This document shows, one piece after another, positions 1 through 13,221 of a stretch of 64,000 nt of DNA. Position numbers and translations under genes: made by a program. The first letter of the stretch is position 1. Each line of letters opens with the position of its first letter. Under the pieces are notes generated by a model that saw nothing but the letters and a program-made list of their open reading frames with translations, did no database searches and was not told where the DNA came from. The stretch comes from Eledone cirrhosa (taxonomy: Eukaryota), in the NCBI GenBank assembly GCA_964016885.1, contig OZ024751.1, positions 32,116,001-32,180,000 on the forward strand. Reading direction: 5' to 3'.

Positions 1-320
1 ATATAAATATATGTATGTTTGTAGATATATTGAAATGTAAACACCTCTTCAATGGCAAGCATATAAAAAAACAAAAACAAATTTCATTTTTATTTACATT
101 CAAACACCAGTCTGACGACAGCGCACTGAATAGCTATTGATGCTTTTGAAATGTTCATAAAGGGATGATGTAAAGAAATATACTGAAGTTGAATGATACA
201 CTCTCTCTTCTTCTCTCTCTATCTATGATTTTTTCGCTGTCTTTTTCTTCATGATGTACTTTATCTATCTCTCACTCTGTCTCTCTCTCTCACTCACTCT
301 TTCTCCCCCCTCTCTCACTG

Positions 321-380
<60 letters not shown>

Positions 381-850
381 AATCTTACGTTGTAAGCGTG
401 AATGTTTGATTAGGTTTTTAGGACACTTGTCACTCACTGGTCGACATCTATTCCAGTTTAAAGGATCGGGGCGGGTGGAAGGGGCGTGGAAAAAAGGGGG
501 AACATTCTGAGCATTAAACTCATCGTTTTAGGGATGGAAAGAATTCTGGTGGTGGTGTGTTGTGGCGGAGAATAGTGCTGGCGAGGATAGTGGTAGTGAG
601 ATGTCGTGGTGGACGATGGTGAGGGTGAAGAGTGGTGGCGGACGATGGTGGGGATGAAGCGTGGTGGCGGAGGATGGTGGTGGTGATGCTAGTGGAATTA
701 GTGACATTTGGTGAACATCTGTTTGGAACTGACAAACGTGATAGATAGATGGTTAAAGTGATGGACGTCCAGATAGATGGATTAATAGAAAATATATCGG
801 TTAGGACAGCTAGAGATATATAGATATATAGATAGATAGATAGTTAGATA

Positions 851-1230
851 TATTTCTTTATTAGCCACAAGGGCGCACAAGAAAAGGGGACAATACAAAG
901 ACATGCCGGGGATTTTACATACAGTCGTGTAAAAAGTATAAAAACAAACAATTACAACAATCGAACTCCCCAATAGGGGGGAGGCGCCACAAATGAGTTG
1001 TTTAATACCCCGTTGATAGAACAACCTTCAACTTCAGGAGCGTGTTGTGCAAGTGCTCCTTTCTTCCCTTTGCTCTCTTCTTCAACCTACAGGCTTATAA
1101 ACAGAGAAGGCCCAATCACTCGGGCCATTTTCGCTTCATTCACCCACCTTTCAGTAAATTTACTGGGGTGCAGTGCCTCTCTCCCCACCCTGATTCTCCT
1201 TCTAAAGTGATACTTAAAGAAGAGAAGAGA
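851..1230 (-). mobile_element. 5'-truncated 3' end of a Tx1-clade LINE (divergent subfamily)
   Basis: The minus strand ends ...CCCTTGTGGCTAATAAAGAAAT followed by (TATC)n. It is homologous to the last ORF2 codons and 3' UTR of the 1261-3388 element and is flanked by GATA repeats on both sides. Confidence 0.8.
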
Positions 1231-1260
<30 letters not shown>

Positions 1261-1261
<1 letters not shown>

Positions 1262-3388
1262 TGTTTCTTTTATTTGCCACCAGGGCATCAAAAGTGGGAC
1301 AAGTACAATGGGGGGAGTTTACAAAACAAGGCATCCTAAATAAAGAGGAGGCAATAACAATATATAAAAATAAAATAAAATATAACAAAAAATAAAATTT
1401 ATAACAAAGTCCTCAATAGAGAGGAGGCGCCTTGGGGGGTCGCACACACCCCCGAAAAAAAGTGTGCAACCCTTCTCCTCAGGAGCACAGAGAAGGGGTG
1501 CTCCCTTGGTCTTTCATCTTCCTCACCTATAGTCTGATGTAGAGTGAAGGCCCATTCACACGGGCCATTCTCGCCACTTTCACCCATCTTTCATAAAAAC
1601 GGCTGGGGTGCAGCACCTCTCTCTCCATCCTGATCCTTCTTCCGAAATGATATCGGAAGAAACGGACCAGTTGTTGGCCAGAGAGAAAGGTGTCTGACCT
1701 CAGTCCTTTCAGACGCGTCCACCATACAACCTCTTTCGCCATGGCTATTACGCACAGAAACACCGGCTCTCCTTCGTTTTTGAAGAGGGGAGGCGGCTTG
1801 ATCGTTACAATAGACTCGGTGGTCAACCGGATCGGTCCCACCCTTGACAGCAGTTGTTCGACATAGCCCCACAGATCGGCAATGCCCGAGAAGTGTACCA
1901 ATGCGTGTGCAACGGTTTCCTCGTCGCACACGCATCTGGGACAGATCTTTTTCGATGGGTCCCTACCCGGGCGCCCGTGTCTGTAGAGCCTTTCTCGAAC
2001 GGACAGAGCCCTTCTGTAGCATTGCCAGGCCAGGGACCTCTGGAAGTTATCCATGGGTCCCGGGCTGAATGTCCTACCGAACAGGTTGGCCAGTTCGTCT
2101 TCCTCCATGCCTAGGGCTTCTCCGAGGGCGTCGTCGCACCTGCTAACCACCAGCCCTCTATAGAATGACGAAGTGGATTCTCCACTGACAGCCGGGTCTG
2201 CCTGCCAGAGAGCCGTGAGCGCCTGGGCACGCCGTGAGCGCCTGGGCACACTCTGTGTGCCAGGCGCCCAGTTTTCTCGGTCTTTGCTTGACCCAGGATT
2301 GCAGCTCGGTGAGTGAGACGAGTCTGGGAAAGGCTCGCCTCACAAACGGGGCCCACACTGGTTGACCGGAGAGGAATACCTGAAGGTGCCGTAGCCTTAA
2401 TGCGTGTTTACGTATCATTAGCCACGGCATCCCCAGCCCTCCTTTCGAATGGTGTTGACAGCAGATGGATCTCTTCACCATAGGAGCCCGCTTCTTCCAA
2501 AGGAATTGGAAGAGTGCGCGCTCCATTTTGGCGAGCGTTTCCCTTGGGCAAGGCACAACGGTCAGGCGGTAGTAGATGACGGACGCTATATAAGTGTTCG
2601 CCACCTCCGCCCGACCTTTCAGGGACAGCTTGCACTCGGCCCACTTCTGGGTCAGTGCAAACACCCTGTTCGTTACCTCACCCCAGTTCTTCTCCACCTG
2701 GAGGTCTGGTCCGAACCAGACCCCGAGCAACTTCACCGAGCCCTCCGTCCAGCGCCCGACGACGCCATCGGAGGGCATCGATCTTCCCCTCCACGTGCCG
2801 AGTTGCAGACCGATCGACTTGTCCCGGTTCAGCTTAGCCCCTGTAAACCTTTCGTACTCCGCCAGTAAGGTGCCGATCGCCCCGATTTCCGAGGCCGTCG
2901 ACACCATTACTGTTACGTCATCGACGTAGGCTGACACCGCTTTCCGCAATCCCGATTCCAACGGGATGCCCTGCAACAACTCCAACTTCCGCAGCAGTGG
3001 CTCTAGAGTCATTACATACAGAAGGGAGGAGAGAGGGCACCCCTGTCGGATGGACCGCGCGATTTCGAACGGCTCCGAGAGGTAGCCGTTCACCTTGACC
3101 CTAGAGCACATGCGGCTGCTGTGCATGGCATTGATCCAGTCCCTGAAAACGGGTCCGAAGCCTGCCGCCGCTAGCACTGCATCCAGGTAACCATGGTCGA
3201 CCCTATCGAATGCCTTAGATTGATCCAAGTTGATCAGGGCCCCACCAAATCCGGGTTCGTTCCCAACCCTCTCTTGGCCAAAATCTGTAACTCTGTATTT
3301 AGCAGAGTTATGGGCCTGAAATTATTTATATCGTCCCCCTTGTTCTCGTCCTTCCTCACTAGCGTGACTACGCCCTTGGTCACAGCAC
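1261..3388 (-). mobile_element. 5'-truncated Tx1/L1-clade non-LTR retrotransposon (RT plus C-terminal CCHC region), frameshifted
   Basis: ORF 2158..3228 has DQSKAFDRVDH, RQGCPLS and YVDD. ORF 1527..2249 has CPRC..ETVAH. NFRPITLLN lies near 3300-3325. A 19-bp tandem duplication at about 2212-2249 shifts the frame. The 3' end is AATAAA followed by (TATC)n. Confidence 0.93.
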
Positions 3389-3427
<39 letters not shown>

Positions 3428-3500
3428 CAGATAGCAGCTGGATAAATAGAACGATAGACTGACATAGATGTATAATATGTATATATATAGATAGATAGAT

Positions 3501-3820
3501 ATCTTTCTTTATTTGCCACAGGGACGTACAAAAATGGGACATTACAAGACGTGACGGCGGGGGTTTTACATAAAAATAACTTTAACATTAATAAATAACA
3601 ATAAACTATATATAATAAAATAACAATTGAAATCCCAATAGGGGGGAACGTTACTGCAGGGTTGTTTTACACCCCGTGGATAGAAAAACCATCAATACCA
3701 GGAACACGTTTTGTAGGTGTTCCTGTCTTCCCTCTGTTTATCTTCCTCAATATACAGGTTTATATACAGAGATGGCCCATCCACTCGGGCCATTTTTTCC
3801 ACATTCACCCACCTTTCAGC
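3501..3820 (-). mobile_element. 5'-truncated 3' end of a Tx1-clade LINE (third subfamily)
   Basis: The same terminal motif GTGGCAAATAAAGAAAGAT followed by (TATC)n, and the same CCCCCCTATTGGG 3' UTR motif. GATA repeats lie on both sides. Confidence 0.8.
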
Positions 3821-3928
3821 AGATAGATAGTTGGATATAGTTCCGGGTTGAAATCAGGGTAACCACAGTAAATAAGGTACTTCGTTGTATATATATATAT
3901 ATATACATAAATATATATATAGATACAT

Positions 3929-4084
<156 letters not shown>

Positions 4085-4199
4085 TCATTAGTTAAGCAAA
4101 ACAAGACCACAAACTTCACAAGGAAGACATTATTAAAAGATTGTCAACATATTTATTTTGATGTAAGGAATGTAGAGAATAATAATAATAATATTAATA

Positions 4200-5160
4200 A
4201 TAATAATGTCCGTTTACAATTGTTTCGCTACTCCATATAATATTTCTGGATCAGATGACTATATATCATAATTGATCTGGTTCAGTTGAAAATAATTAAC
4301 ATATTTAAAAAAACAGAGTGACTCATCGGAACTTAATGGGATAATGTTACATAATATAATGTTCCATATATTGGTTTATACTATGGTGTCTTGGTTGCAT
4401 CAGCTGTCAGCCATAATCAAGCAGTATTCATCTGTCGAGGCTGCATTGTGTGAGATCTGCCTATGGGTAACAAGATGGCTGCCAAAGGGCATATTTACCT
4501 TACTAATTAGAGGGTGGTTTCAGGGGAAGTAACTTCTCGAGAGATTAGAGATTGTGAGTATTTATAGTTAAGTGTTAGTTTTTAAATTTTTTAATTGAGA
4601 GACAATGTAGGGGCGGTAACTTATAATTATCGAGTTGTTCATAGCAATTTAACTTATTAGCTACAAGTAGAAATGGGGCTACATGACTAAGTTGGGTCAA
4701 AAATTCTATTGGCGAAGGAATTAGCCCTTCGATGTTGACAGCTAATGGTTACCTCCGTTCTATCGTTAATCGGTAGAGGTCGTGATAGAGTTATGTAATA
4801 TGCTTCCGTAACACAGAAATCACAAGATTTTCTTCGTCCATTGAACGGTTGGGCCCTCGCCATTATATCCCATTTTAGTGAGTGTTGAACGTTGTTTAAT
4901 TTAAGGTTTTTAATGAGCCTAGCTAGCGATGTCGAACATCTGTTGCTAGGGTCTCGGAAGGAAAAAGAGTGCGCGTTATAGCGTACGTTAAAAGGTTTAG
5001 AGGTAGACCCGATATAAGAGCTGGTATTCGAAGCAGTCTCAACCGTGCACCTATAGACTATGTTGGGTGTCAGGCAGTGTCCATTTAATGGGCATGCATT
5101 GGGGGTAACGGCAGTTGCAGTTGCTTCTGTGGTTAGTGAGAGTAGGGTTGTTTAACCTAG
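4200..5160 (-). mobile_element. 3' portion of a Penelope-like element: GIY-YIG endonuclease plus 3' UTR/pLTR
   Basis: Manual minus-strand translation of 5100 to 4687 gives NACPLNGHCLTPNIVYRCTVETASNTSSYIGSTSKPFNVRYNAHSFSFR...KWDIMARAQPFNGRRKSCDFCVTEAYYI...INDRTEVTISCQHRR. It is preceded by a CNC motif across a 1-nt frameshift. It is absent from the ORF track. Confidence 0.85.
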
Positions 5161-5295
5161 CTGCTTTCTACTGCATATTGCACATTGAGCACATGCCTTT
5201 ACGCTTCGGCTTCTAACTAACTCACCAATCTCTCCTCTCATATCTCCTCTACTATCTCCATCTCTCTCTTTAAGATTTGTTACTCTTGAACTGTG

Positions 5296-5337
<42 letters not shown>

Positions 5338-5733
5338 CATGTGTTCGTTTTGTGTAAAAACCTAGCTCAGAACGCGGATGTAGCCATCGGTGTTCAGCTA
5401 GAGGCCCTCAGGGAAGAAGTGAGGTGGCATGACGTCACCTTAACTGCTGACGACACCTAAGACCAATGTTGTCGCTGGAAACTTTGTCTGCATGACTCTG
5501 GGCACGTCTTTGGATGAGACAGCGAGCCACCTGTTGTTCTGGGAGTTGATCTTCTGGTCTTATTTGTCCTCCCGGCGCGGATTCCAAGAAGAACTCCATG
5601 TCTCTTCCACAAATTTTGAGGTTCAAAATTATTCATAATCAATTATTCTGAAAATAAATAATGGAAATATAGTCACTGTTTTTATGAAGACAAGAGTGAC
5701 AACGGAAGTAAAAAAAATGTGCATAAAATTAGC

Positions 5734-5842
<109 letters not shown>

Positions 5843-6184
5843 GTATAAGCTTGATCCTTGAAACTTTTTGTCAAATGTAAAACATAGGCAATTCATGTAC
5901 ATGATGGCGTCAGAGACATAGAAAAGTCCCCTCCGACATGCTCCGAGCTTCCTTTCATACCTCTTGATAATGGATGTTACATCCGAAATATAGGGAGTAA
6001 TAAGTATTTCCAAAGAAATATTACCTATGAATTTTTCCCCTTTTTCGTCCTCTTTTCTCCAATCAATCTCACTTCCCTTCTTCACCTAACTTTGTTGTTT
6101 TAATATTTACAACTCCGCCTGCATTGTAGCAGCTTCCAAAATATAACCAATTTTCATATTTCACAATACATATATATATGTAAA

Positions 6185-6357
6185 TGTGGTTGGTGTTAGG
6201 AAGAGCATCCAGCTGTAAAAAAAAACCTGCCAGAGACGCTTCCGTGAGAGCGAGACATGGTCTCCCGACCATTCCCGCATCAAATGGAACAAAACCGTCT
6301 AACCCATGCTAGCGTGGAAGATGGACGTTAAACGATGATGATGATGATGATGATGAT
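6185..6357 (+). mobile_element. 3' part of a SINE or RTE-related element with (GAT)n tail
   Basis: AGGAAGAGCATCCAGCTGTAAAA...CCCATGCTAGCGTGGAAGATGGACGTTAAAC(GAT)n. Related tails occur on the minus strand near 32470-32525 and 61695-61730. Confidence 0.6.
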
Positions 6358-6416
6358 GTTAATGATATATATATATATATAATATAAGATCAAAAGATGG
6401 TTAAAAGAGTTCCATG

Positions 6417-6487
6417 TATTTTATTATGCGCATTTCAAAAACAAATATCATCATGAGATGACATTTGCGTTTTCGTCAGATAAAATA
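6417..6487 (-). ncRNA. Type I hammerhead ribozyme in a short (TA)n-flanked repeat (about 6380-6548)
   Basis: The minus strand reads TATTTTAT-CTGACGA-[long stem II]-GAAA-TGCGCA-TA-ATAAAATA. It has an 8-bp stem I and a palindromic stem III. A second copy is at 47470-47536. Confidence 0.8.
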
Positions 6488-7531
6488 GGGACACATGATA
6501 TGAAGGTTAAAAAACACTTGTGAATAGTGCAGTTTTAAATCAACATATATATATGTGTGTGTATATATATATATACATACACTATCTGTGTAAAAAATTA
6601 GTATTGTTTTTTCATTGTTAAATACAGTAGGGTCATATTTGAGGGAGATTTGGCTCCTACTGCAAGCATGTCGAGCTACCTCTTAGAGGCATCTCTTTGG
6701 TAGTTATGATTGCTGTAGTAGTTATTTCACATGTATTTAATTTTTGCTGACTTTATCGTTGATGTTGTTGTGTTGATATTGTTGTTATTGTTGTTCTTGT
6801 TGGTACTGTTATAATCGATGTTCTTGTCATCATTGTTGTTATTGTTGCTATTCCTACTATAGTACAATGTTAATTGCAATACAATTTCTCTCTATTCTTT
6901 CTACTTTGGAACGAAAAATATATTTAGATAAATGTCACGCCCCGATTCTTCAATAGATAACACACAACATGCTCTTATTCTTGCCTCCCTCCCCCATCTC
7001 TCTCTCTCTCCTATATATATATATACATCTATATATACATCCATATATATATATCCCAGTAGAACTACAGTAAAATCGCAATAAATCTATTGCAGAAATA
7101 AACAAAGTGAAGACGGAAGGGTTTGTTCTAATTCATTCGTTTCTTCAGTTCCAGATGGTTACGAAATCACCATCCATCAAAATGAGACGTCTTGTCTAGA
7201 ATGTTCTCTCGATATTATTTTGCAAACAAACTGCAGCATCTTCACATTCGCCATTCCACTAACCTTTGTTCTTTGTTGTTGCTCGGCGCTTAGCAATACA
7301 TATAGTAAGTAGGGCAGTTAGAGAAGATCGCTGATGGAGCATGAAACATAGAAACAGATAAAGTAATGAATAATAAGAAGAAGAAAGGGAAAAAAGAAAA
7401 GATTGAAAGAGAAAAGGGGTATAGGAAATGATAAACTAAAAAAAAAAAGCGGAAAGGTAAACAAGATTAAAAAAATTAAAAATGAAGGAGAGAAAAGAAT
7501 AAGAAGAGTAAAGGAAATAATGATTTCTTAC

Positions 7532-7568
<37 letters not shown>

Positions 7569-8089
7569 TAATAATAATGATAATAATAATGATGAGGAGG
7601 ATGATGATGATAACAACAATAATAATAATGATAATATGAAGATGGAAGCGTAAGAGTACGAGATACTGAAGAATAGGTTGAAAATAGATGTAAAATATAT
7701 TAAGAACACAAGAAAGGAAAAAAAAAAAATATGCAGACTATGAAAAATAATGAATGTGATGATGATGATGATGATGGTGATGGTGATGGTGATGGTGATG
7801 ATGATGGTGGTGGGGTTTATCATAGTGATGGTGATGAAGAAGAAGAAGGAAAAGAAGAAGAAGGAGGAAGTGGAGGAGGAGGGGGAGGTGTTGTAGAAAA
7901 AACAAATAACTGTTTCTATTTTAGGCACAAGGCCTGCAATTACCCAGAGCATTACTGGTACAACAAATAACAGTAGCAAGAATAACGGATTAAGGAGAAA
8001 AAATTAAAGTTAAAGAAATGTAGCAAAATGGCGATCAATCAACCTTGACGGCAGTCATAAATTATTAGCTGAGACATCGTCACACCATA

Positions 8090-9190
8090 CTACATCACAC
8101 TACACCTCACCATACCACACTACACCACACTATATCACACTACATTACACTACACCACACTATATCACACTACATCACACTACACCACATTACACTACAC
8201 TACACTACACTACACCACACCACACTACACCCTACTACATTACACTACACCACAACTCTCTATATGGCACCACACCACACCATACCACACGACATCTCTC
8301 TACACTACGCTACACCACACGGCACCACACTACCACTTTACACTACACCACACTACACCACACCACACCATATCACATCATGCCATCATACAGTATAGCT
8401 ATACCAAATCTTTCTATATGGTACTACACCACACCACACTACATCACACCACACTACAACACACCCAACCACATCACACTACACCACGTCACACCACACT
8501 ACAACACACCCAACCACATCACACTACATCGCACCACACCACACTACACCACACTACAACACACCCAACCACATCACACTACACCACACCACACTACATC
8601 ACATCACACTACAACACACCCAACCACATCACACTACACCACGTCACACCACACTACAACACACCCAACCACATCACACTACATCGCACCACACCACACT
8701 ACACCACACTACAATACACCCAACCACATCACACTACATCGCACCACACCACACTACACCACACTACAACACACCCAACCACATCACACTACATCGCACC
8801 ACACCACACTACACCACACTACAACACACCCAACCACATCACATTACATCGCACCACACCACACTACACCAGACTACAACACACCCAACCACATCACACT
8901 ACATCGCACCACACCACACTACACCACACTACAACACACCCAACCACATCACACTACATCGCACCACACCGCACTACAACACACTACAACACACCCAACC
9001 ACATCACACTACATCGCACCACACCACACTACACCACACTACAACACACCCAACCACATCCCACTACATCGCACCACACAACACTACACCAAACTACACC
9101 ACATCATACCATACCACACTACACACCACACCCAACCACAGCACACCACACCATACCACACACCACACCACATCACAACCAACTACACCT
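8090..9190. repeat. (ACACY)n pentamer array with a 55-bp higher-order repeat
   Basis: The unit ACAACACACCCAACCACATCACACTACATCGCACCACACCACACTACACCACACT starts at 8711, 8766, 8821, 8876, 8931, 8986 and 9041. Confidence 0.9.
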
Positions 9191-9899
9191 GGTAAATGAA
9201 TATTAGGTGTATTGGTTAATTCATTAAAGTGTGGAGACATAGAAAGACTGGCAAGAGGAGATAAGGAAAAGAGAAATAGCAGGACAGAAAATATATGAGG
9301 GGCAGTAGGAGGCAGAGTGTTTGTCTAATCGTATCTCTCACTTCCTGTCTGTATGTCTGTCTCTCTGTCTGTCTGGTTGGGCGACTGTCTGGGTGGCTCG
9401 ACTGACGTAACACCAGTCTCAAGCGAATACTGAAAGCGGAATATTGATAATGTCCACGAGAAAGACAGCCTGGCAGTGTCTATAAGAGGGATGGTTCAGA
9501 TGGTACATCGGCCCAGGGGGCCTGGAGAGTCAATGAATGGTAGAGGAGCTGAGAATAACTAATGAAACCATCCCACTCCTAAAAACATCTGTATGCACCC
9601 CCCTTTGAATATTGAGACGAATTTCCCCTTCTTACTGGGACCCATAGACAGTCGTATTCTACTGTTCCACATTACACATTTTCTCTCAGATTCCGTTGCA
9701 GCCAGGAATTCTCTTCTCAGCAGGGATTGTAGAGCGAACTCTATTGTTGTGTTTGACAAAAGATTTAACTGAAACTATGTCTCTACTAGTTAGCAATTTC
9801 TCAAATGTTTCCGTCTTCCTTAGTAAAAAAGAGGCCACTTTTAAACCTACTTATGGGGATAGTTTAGATTATACAACATGGTACTGGTATTAGAAATCA

Positions 9900-10345
9900 T
9901 CCCACCACACCACACCGCATCACACCAGAGCACACAACACCGCACTACATCAGATCATACTACCTTGGACTACACCACACCATACTACACTACTTCACAC
10001 CACCATACACAATACTCTACATAACTCTACAACACCACAACACACAACGTCACACTACACCACAACACACCGCATTACACCACACCTCACAACACTCCAC
10101 ACCACACTACACTACTCCACAGTTCACTACACTCCACACTCCCACACCACACTACACTACTCCACAGTTCACTACACTCCACACTCCCACACCACACTAC
10201 ACTACTCCACAGTTCACTACACTCCACACTCCTACACCACATTACACTCCACATCCCCACACAACACCCCACATCCCCACTCCACAGACCCAGTCCATAC
10301 CCCCCACACACCTCCACACTGCACAGCACACTACGTTACACCACA
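9900..10345. repeat. Degenerate pentamer array with three 45-bp units
   Basis: ACTCCACAGTTCACTACACTCCACACTCC... recurs three times (15-aa period in ORF 10087..10329). Confidence 0.8.
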
Positions 10346-10887
10346 ATGCTCTATCTCATCAGAAAGCAACAAACTTTCATTGGCATTTAATTAAAACCAG
10401 AAAGATGAAAAGCAAAGAGATAATAAACCTTTGACTTTTTTTACCTGAAGCACCCAACGATTTCTTGACTTACCTGAAGCACCTAATGACTTCCTGACTT
10501 CATAGGTGAGAAATTCATTCTTTATCTGACACTAGTTCCTTTCAAAACTGGGTTAGGTTTAAGATTGGTTTAAGGTGGGTTTCCATATATGGTTGTTTGT
10601 GGTGGGTTAAGGCTTAATTTTAGAGAAGGAGGGAAGAAAAGGATGGAAAGTTGATTCGAGTGAGAGAGGAATGGCTGAAAGACATTACCTATGGCAAATA
10701 AACAGACACACACAAGCACCGTTTGTGACACTCCATATACATACATACATATTCACATATTTGTATGTATGGTGTGTAAGCATATGAATATAAATATATG
10801 TACACACATACATGTATATATATGTATACATGCACACACGCACACACACACGCACACACACGCACACACACACGCACACACACACGC

Positions 10888-10977
<90 letters not shown>

Positions 10978-11832
10978 TATATATCTGTATATATATATAT
11001 ATATACGCTACACAAACATATATACCCACGCATTGCTGTTTCCCTTGTGATCAAAGGTGATAGAAACCTAACTTATAAGAAATTAATAAAATGGTTGTTA
11101 AAACTACCGGAAGTTAAAATTTCGTATTGTTGCACTAAGTTGACCGAGTCATTCAGTAATGTGTTTGTGCGTTTGTGTGTTTGTGTGTTTGTGTGTTTGT
11201 GCGTTTGTGTGTTTGTGTGTTTGTGCGTTTGTGTGTTTGTGTGTTTATGTGTAAACATCAGGTGTGTTTAGTATAAAAAACACTGTGACAAGAAAAAAAA
11301 TCCCAATAAAATCAATAACTGCAAGAAAATGGCAACACTGCCATTACTACCACCAACCGCCACCACCACCAACCGCCACCACCACCACCACCACCACCAC
11401 CACCACCACCACCACCACCTCCACCACCACCACCACCTGATTGGTGAGCCGTTATCTGAAGGGGGAGCCATCATCTTGTGGAGGAGCCGTCATATGATGG
11501 GGTAGCCACGATCATATGGGGAAAATCGTCATCTTGTGGAGGAGCTGTCATCATGTTGACAAGAAAATCTTCTGAAAATTGATGAGGTCACAGAAGTGTG
11601 ACGAAACATTTCTGACAAACTGATTAAGAAGTTAACAATAAAGAAGAGAACTGGCAATGAAAAGGCGGTGTAATACCATGTGTGTGTGTGTATGTGTGTA
11701 TATATGTGAGTGTGTGCGGGTGATGTGTAGGTTAATTGGAAAAATAATTCCTTTATGAAATACAACAATATCGGTTACAATACACTGTTTGACATATGAC
11801 AAATACACACACGCACACACACACACACACAA

Positions 11833-11869
<37 letters not shown>

Positions 11870-12335
11870 TGTAATAAACAACATAAGGCAATTATTCCAT
11901 TTACATGGAATAATATATATATATATATGCAAGTGTGTGTATGTATATGTATGTATATATTTATATATATGTGTGTGAGTGTGTGTGTGCGTGCGTATGT
12001 GTGTGTGCGCGCGCGTAGGTGTGTGTGTGTGTATACCTATACTCTTGAAGTTTTTTAATAGTCGTTTTAATATTTCAAGTAAAATTTCGTTTTGAAGTGA
12101 ATATATTTGATATAGAAATTACAATTTATTTTCGTTTGTAGTAATTTATATATCCGGGTGAGTATACGTCATCATCATCATAATCGTCATCATCATCATA
12201 ATCATCATGATCATGATCATGATCGTCAGCATCAACAACATCAACCACTTCCCCCCCCCCATCATCATTATCATCATTATCCTTACTATCTTCATCACCG
12301 GCACATCAACATCAGCATAATCTCCATCAACGTCC

Positions 12336-12399
<64 letters not shown>

Positions 12400-13055
12400 C
12401 ACCATCACCACTACCACTACCACTGCTGCTGATACTGCTGCTGCTGCTACTGCTACTGCTGTTACTGCTGCTACTGCTGCTACTGGTGCTACTGCTGCTG
12501 CTGCTCCTACTACTGCTACTACTGCTCCTACTACTGCTACTGCTGCTGAAGAGTAAATATAGAATGTAAACCTAAATTCTGTCTTAACCGTTACTGCCCT
12601 TTCATTTTTCTTTCGCTTCTATGATTCAACACAAATACCTACACCTACTCTCACACACTTACACACACGCAAACACACATTTACAAACATATATACACAC
12701 ACTCACACACTCATGCACACACACTTACATGCACACATGCACACCCACGTACTCATATACGGTCACACATACTGTCACACATACGTATATTCACACGCAC
12801 ATATACCAACATATACACACATATATACACACATACACACGCACACGCACATACATGTACGCAGTCACACATACCCCTTCCCCCGACAAAGCAAACTCAA
12901 TGATAATAGCCGGGCGTATGCCTTATTATTTTGAACCTTACGGGGGCGGTTTTTGGACATATGAGCAGGGTTTGTGTTTTGGAGCTATTTGCGGGAAGAA
13001 TGTATACACATACACACACATACACATATACACACGCACGCACACACACACACAC

Positions 13056-13221
<166 letters not shown>

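Noticed and set aside
8380-9206. His/Thr-rich 260-270 aa ORFs, or a CRISPR-like periodic array
   Set aside because: The 55-bp unit is not a multiple of three and has no unique spacers. It is a tandem repeat.
9400-9900. Possible LINE relic or exon
   Set aside because: The frames I examined show no recognisable motif and several stops. It cannot be classified without a search.
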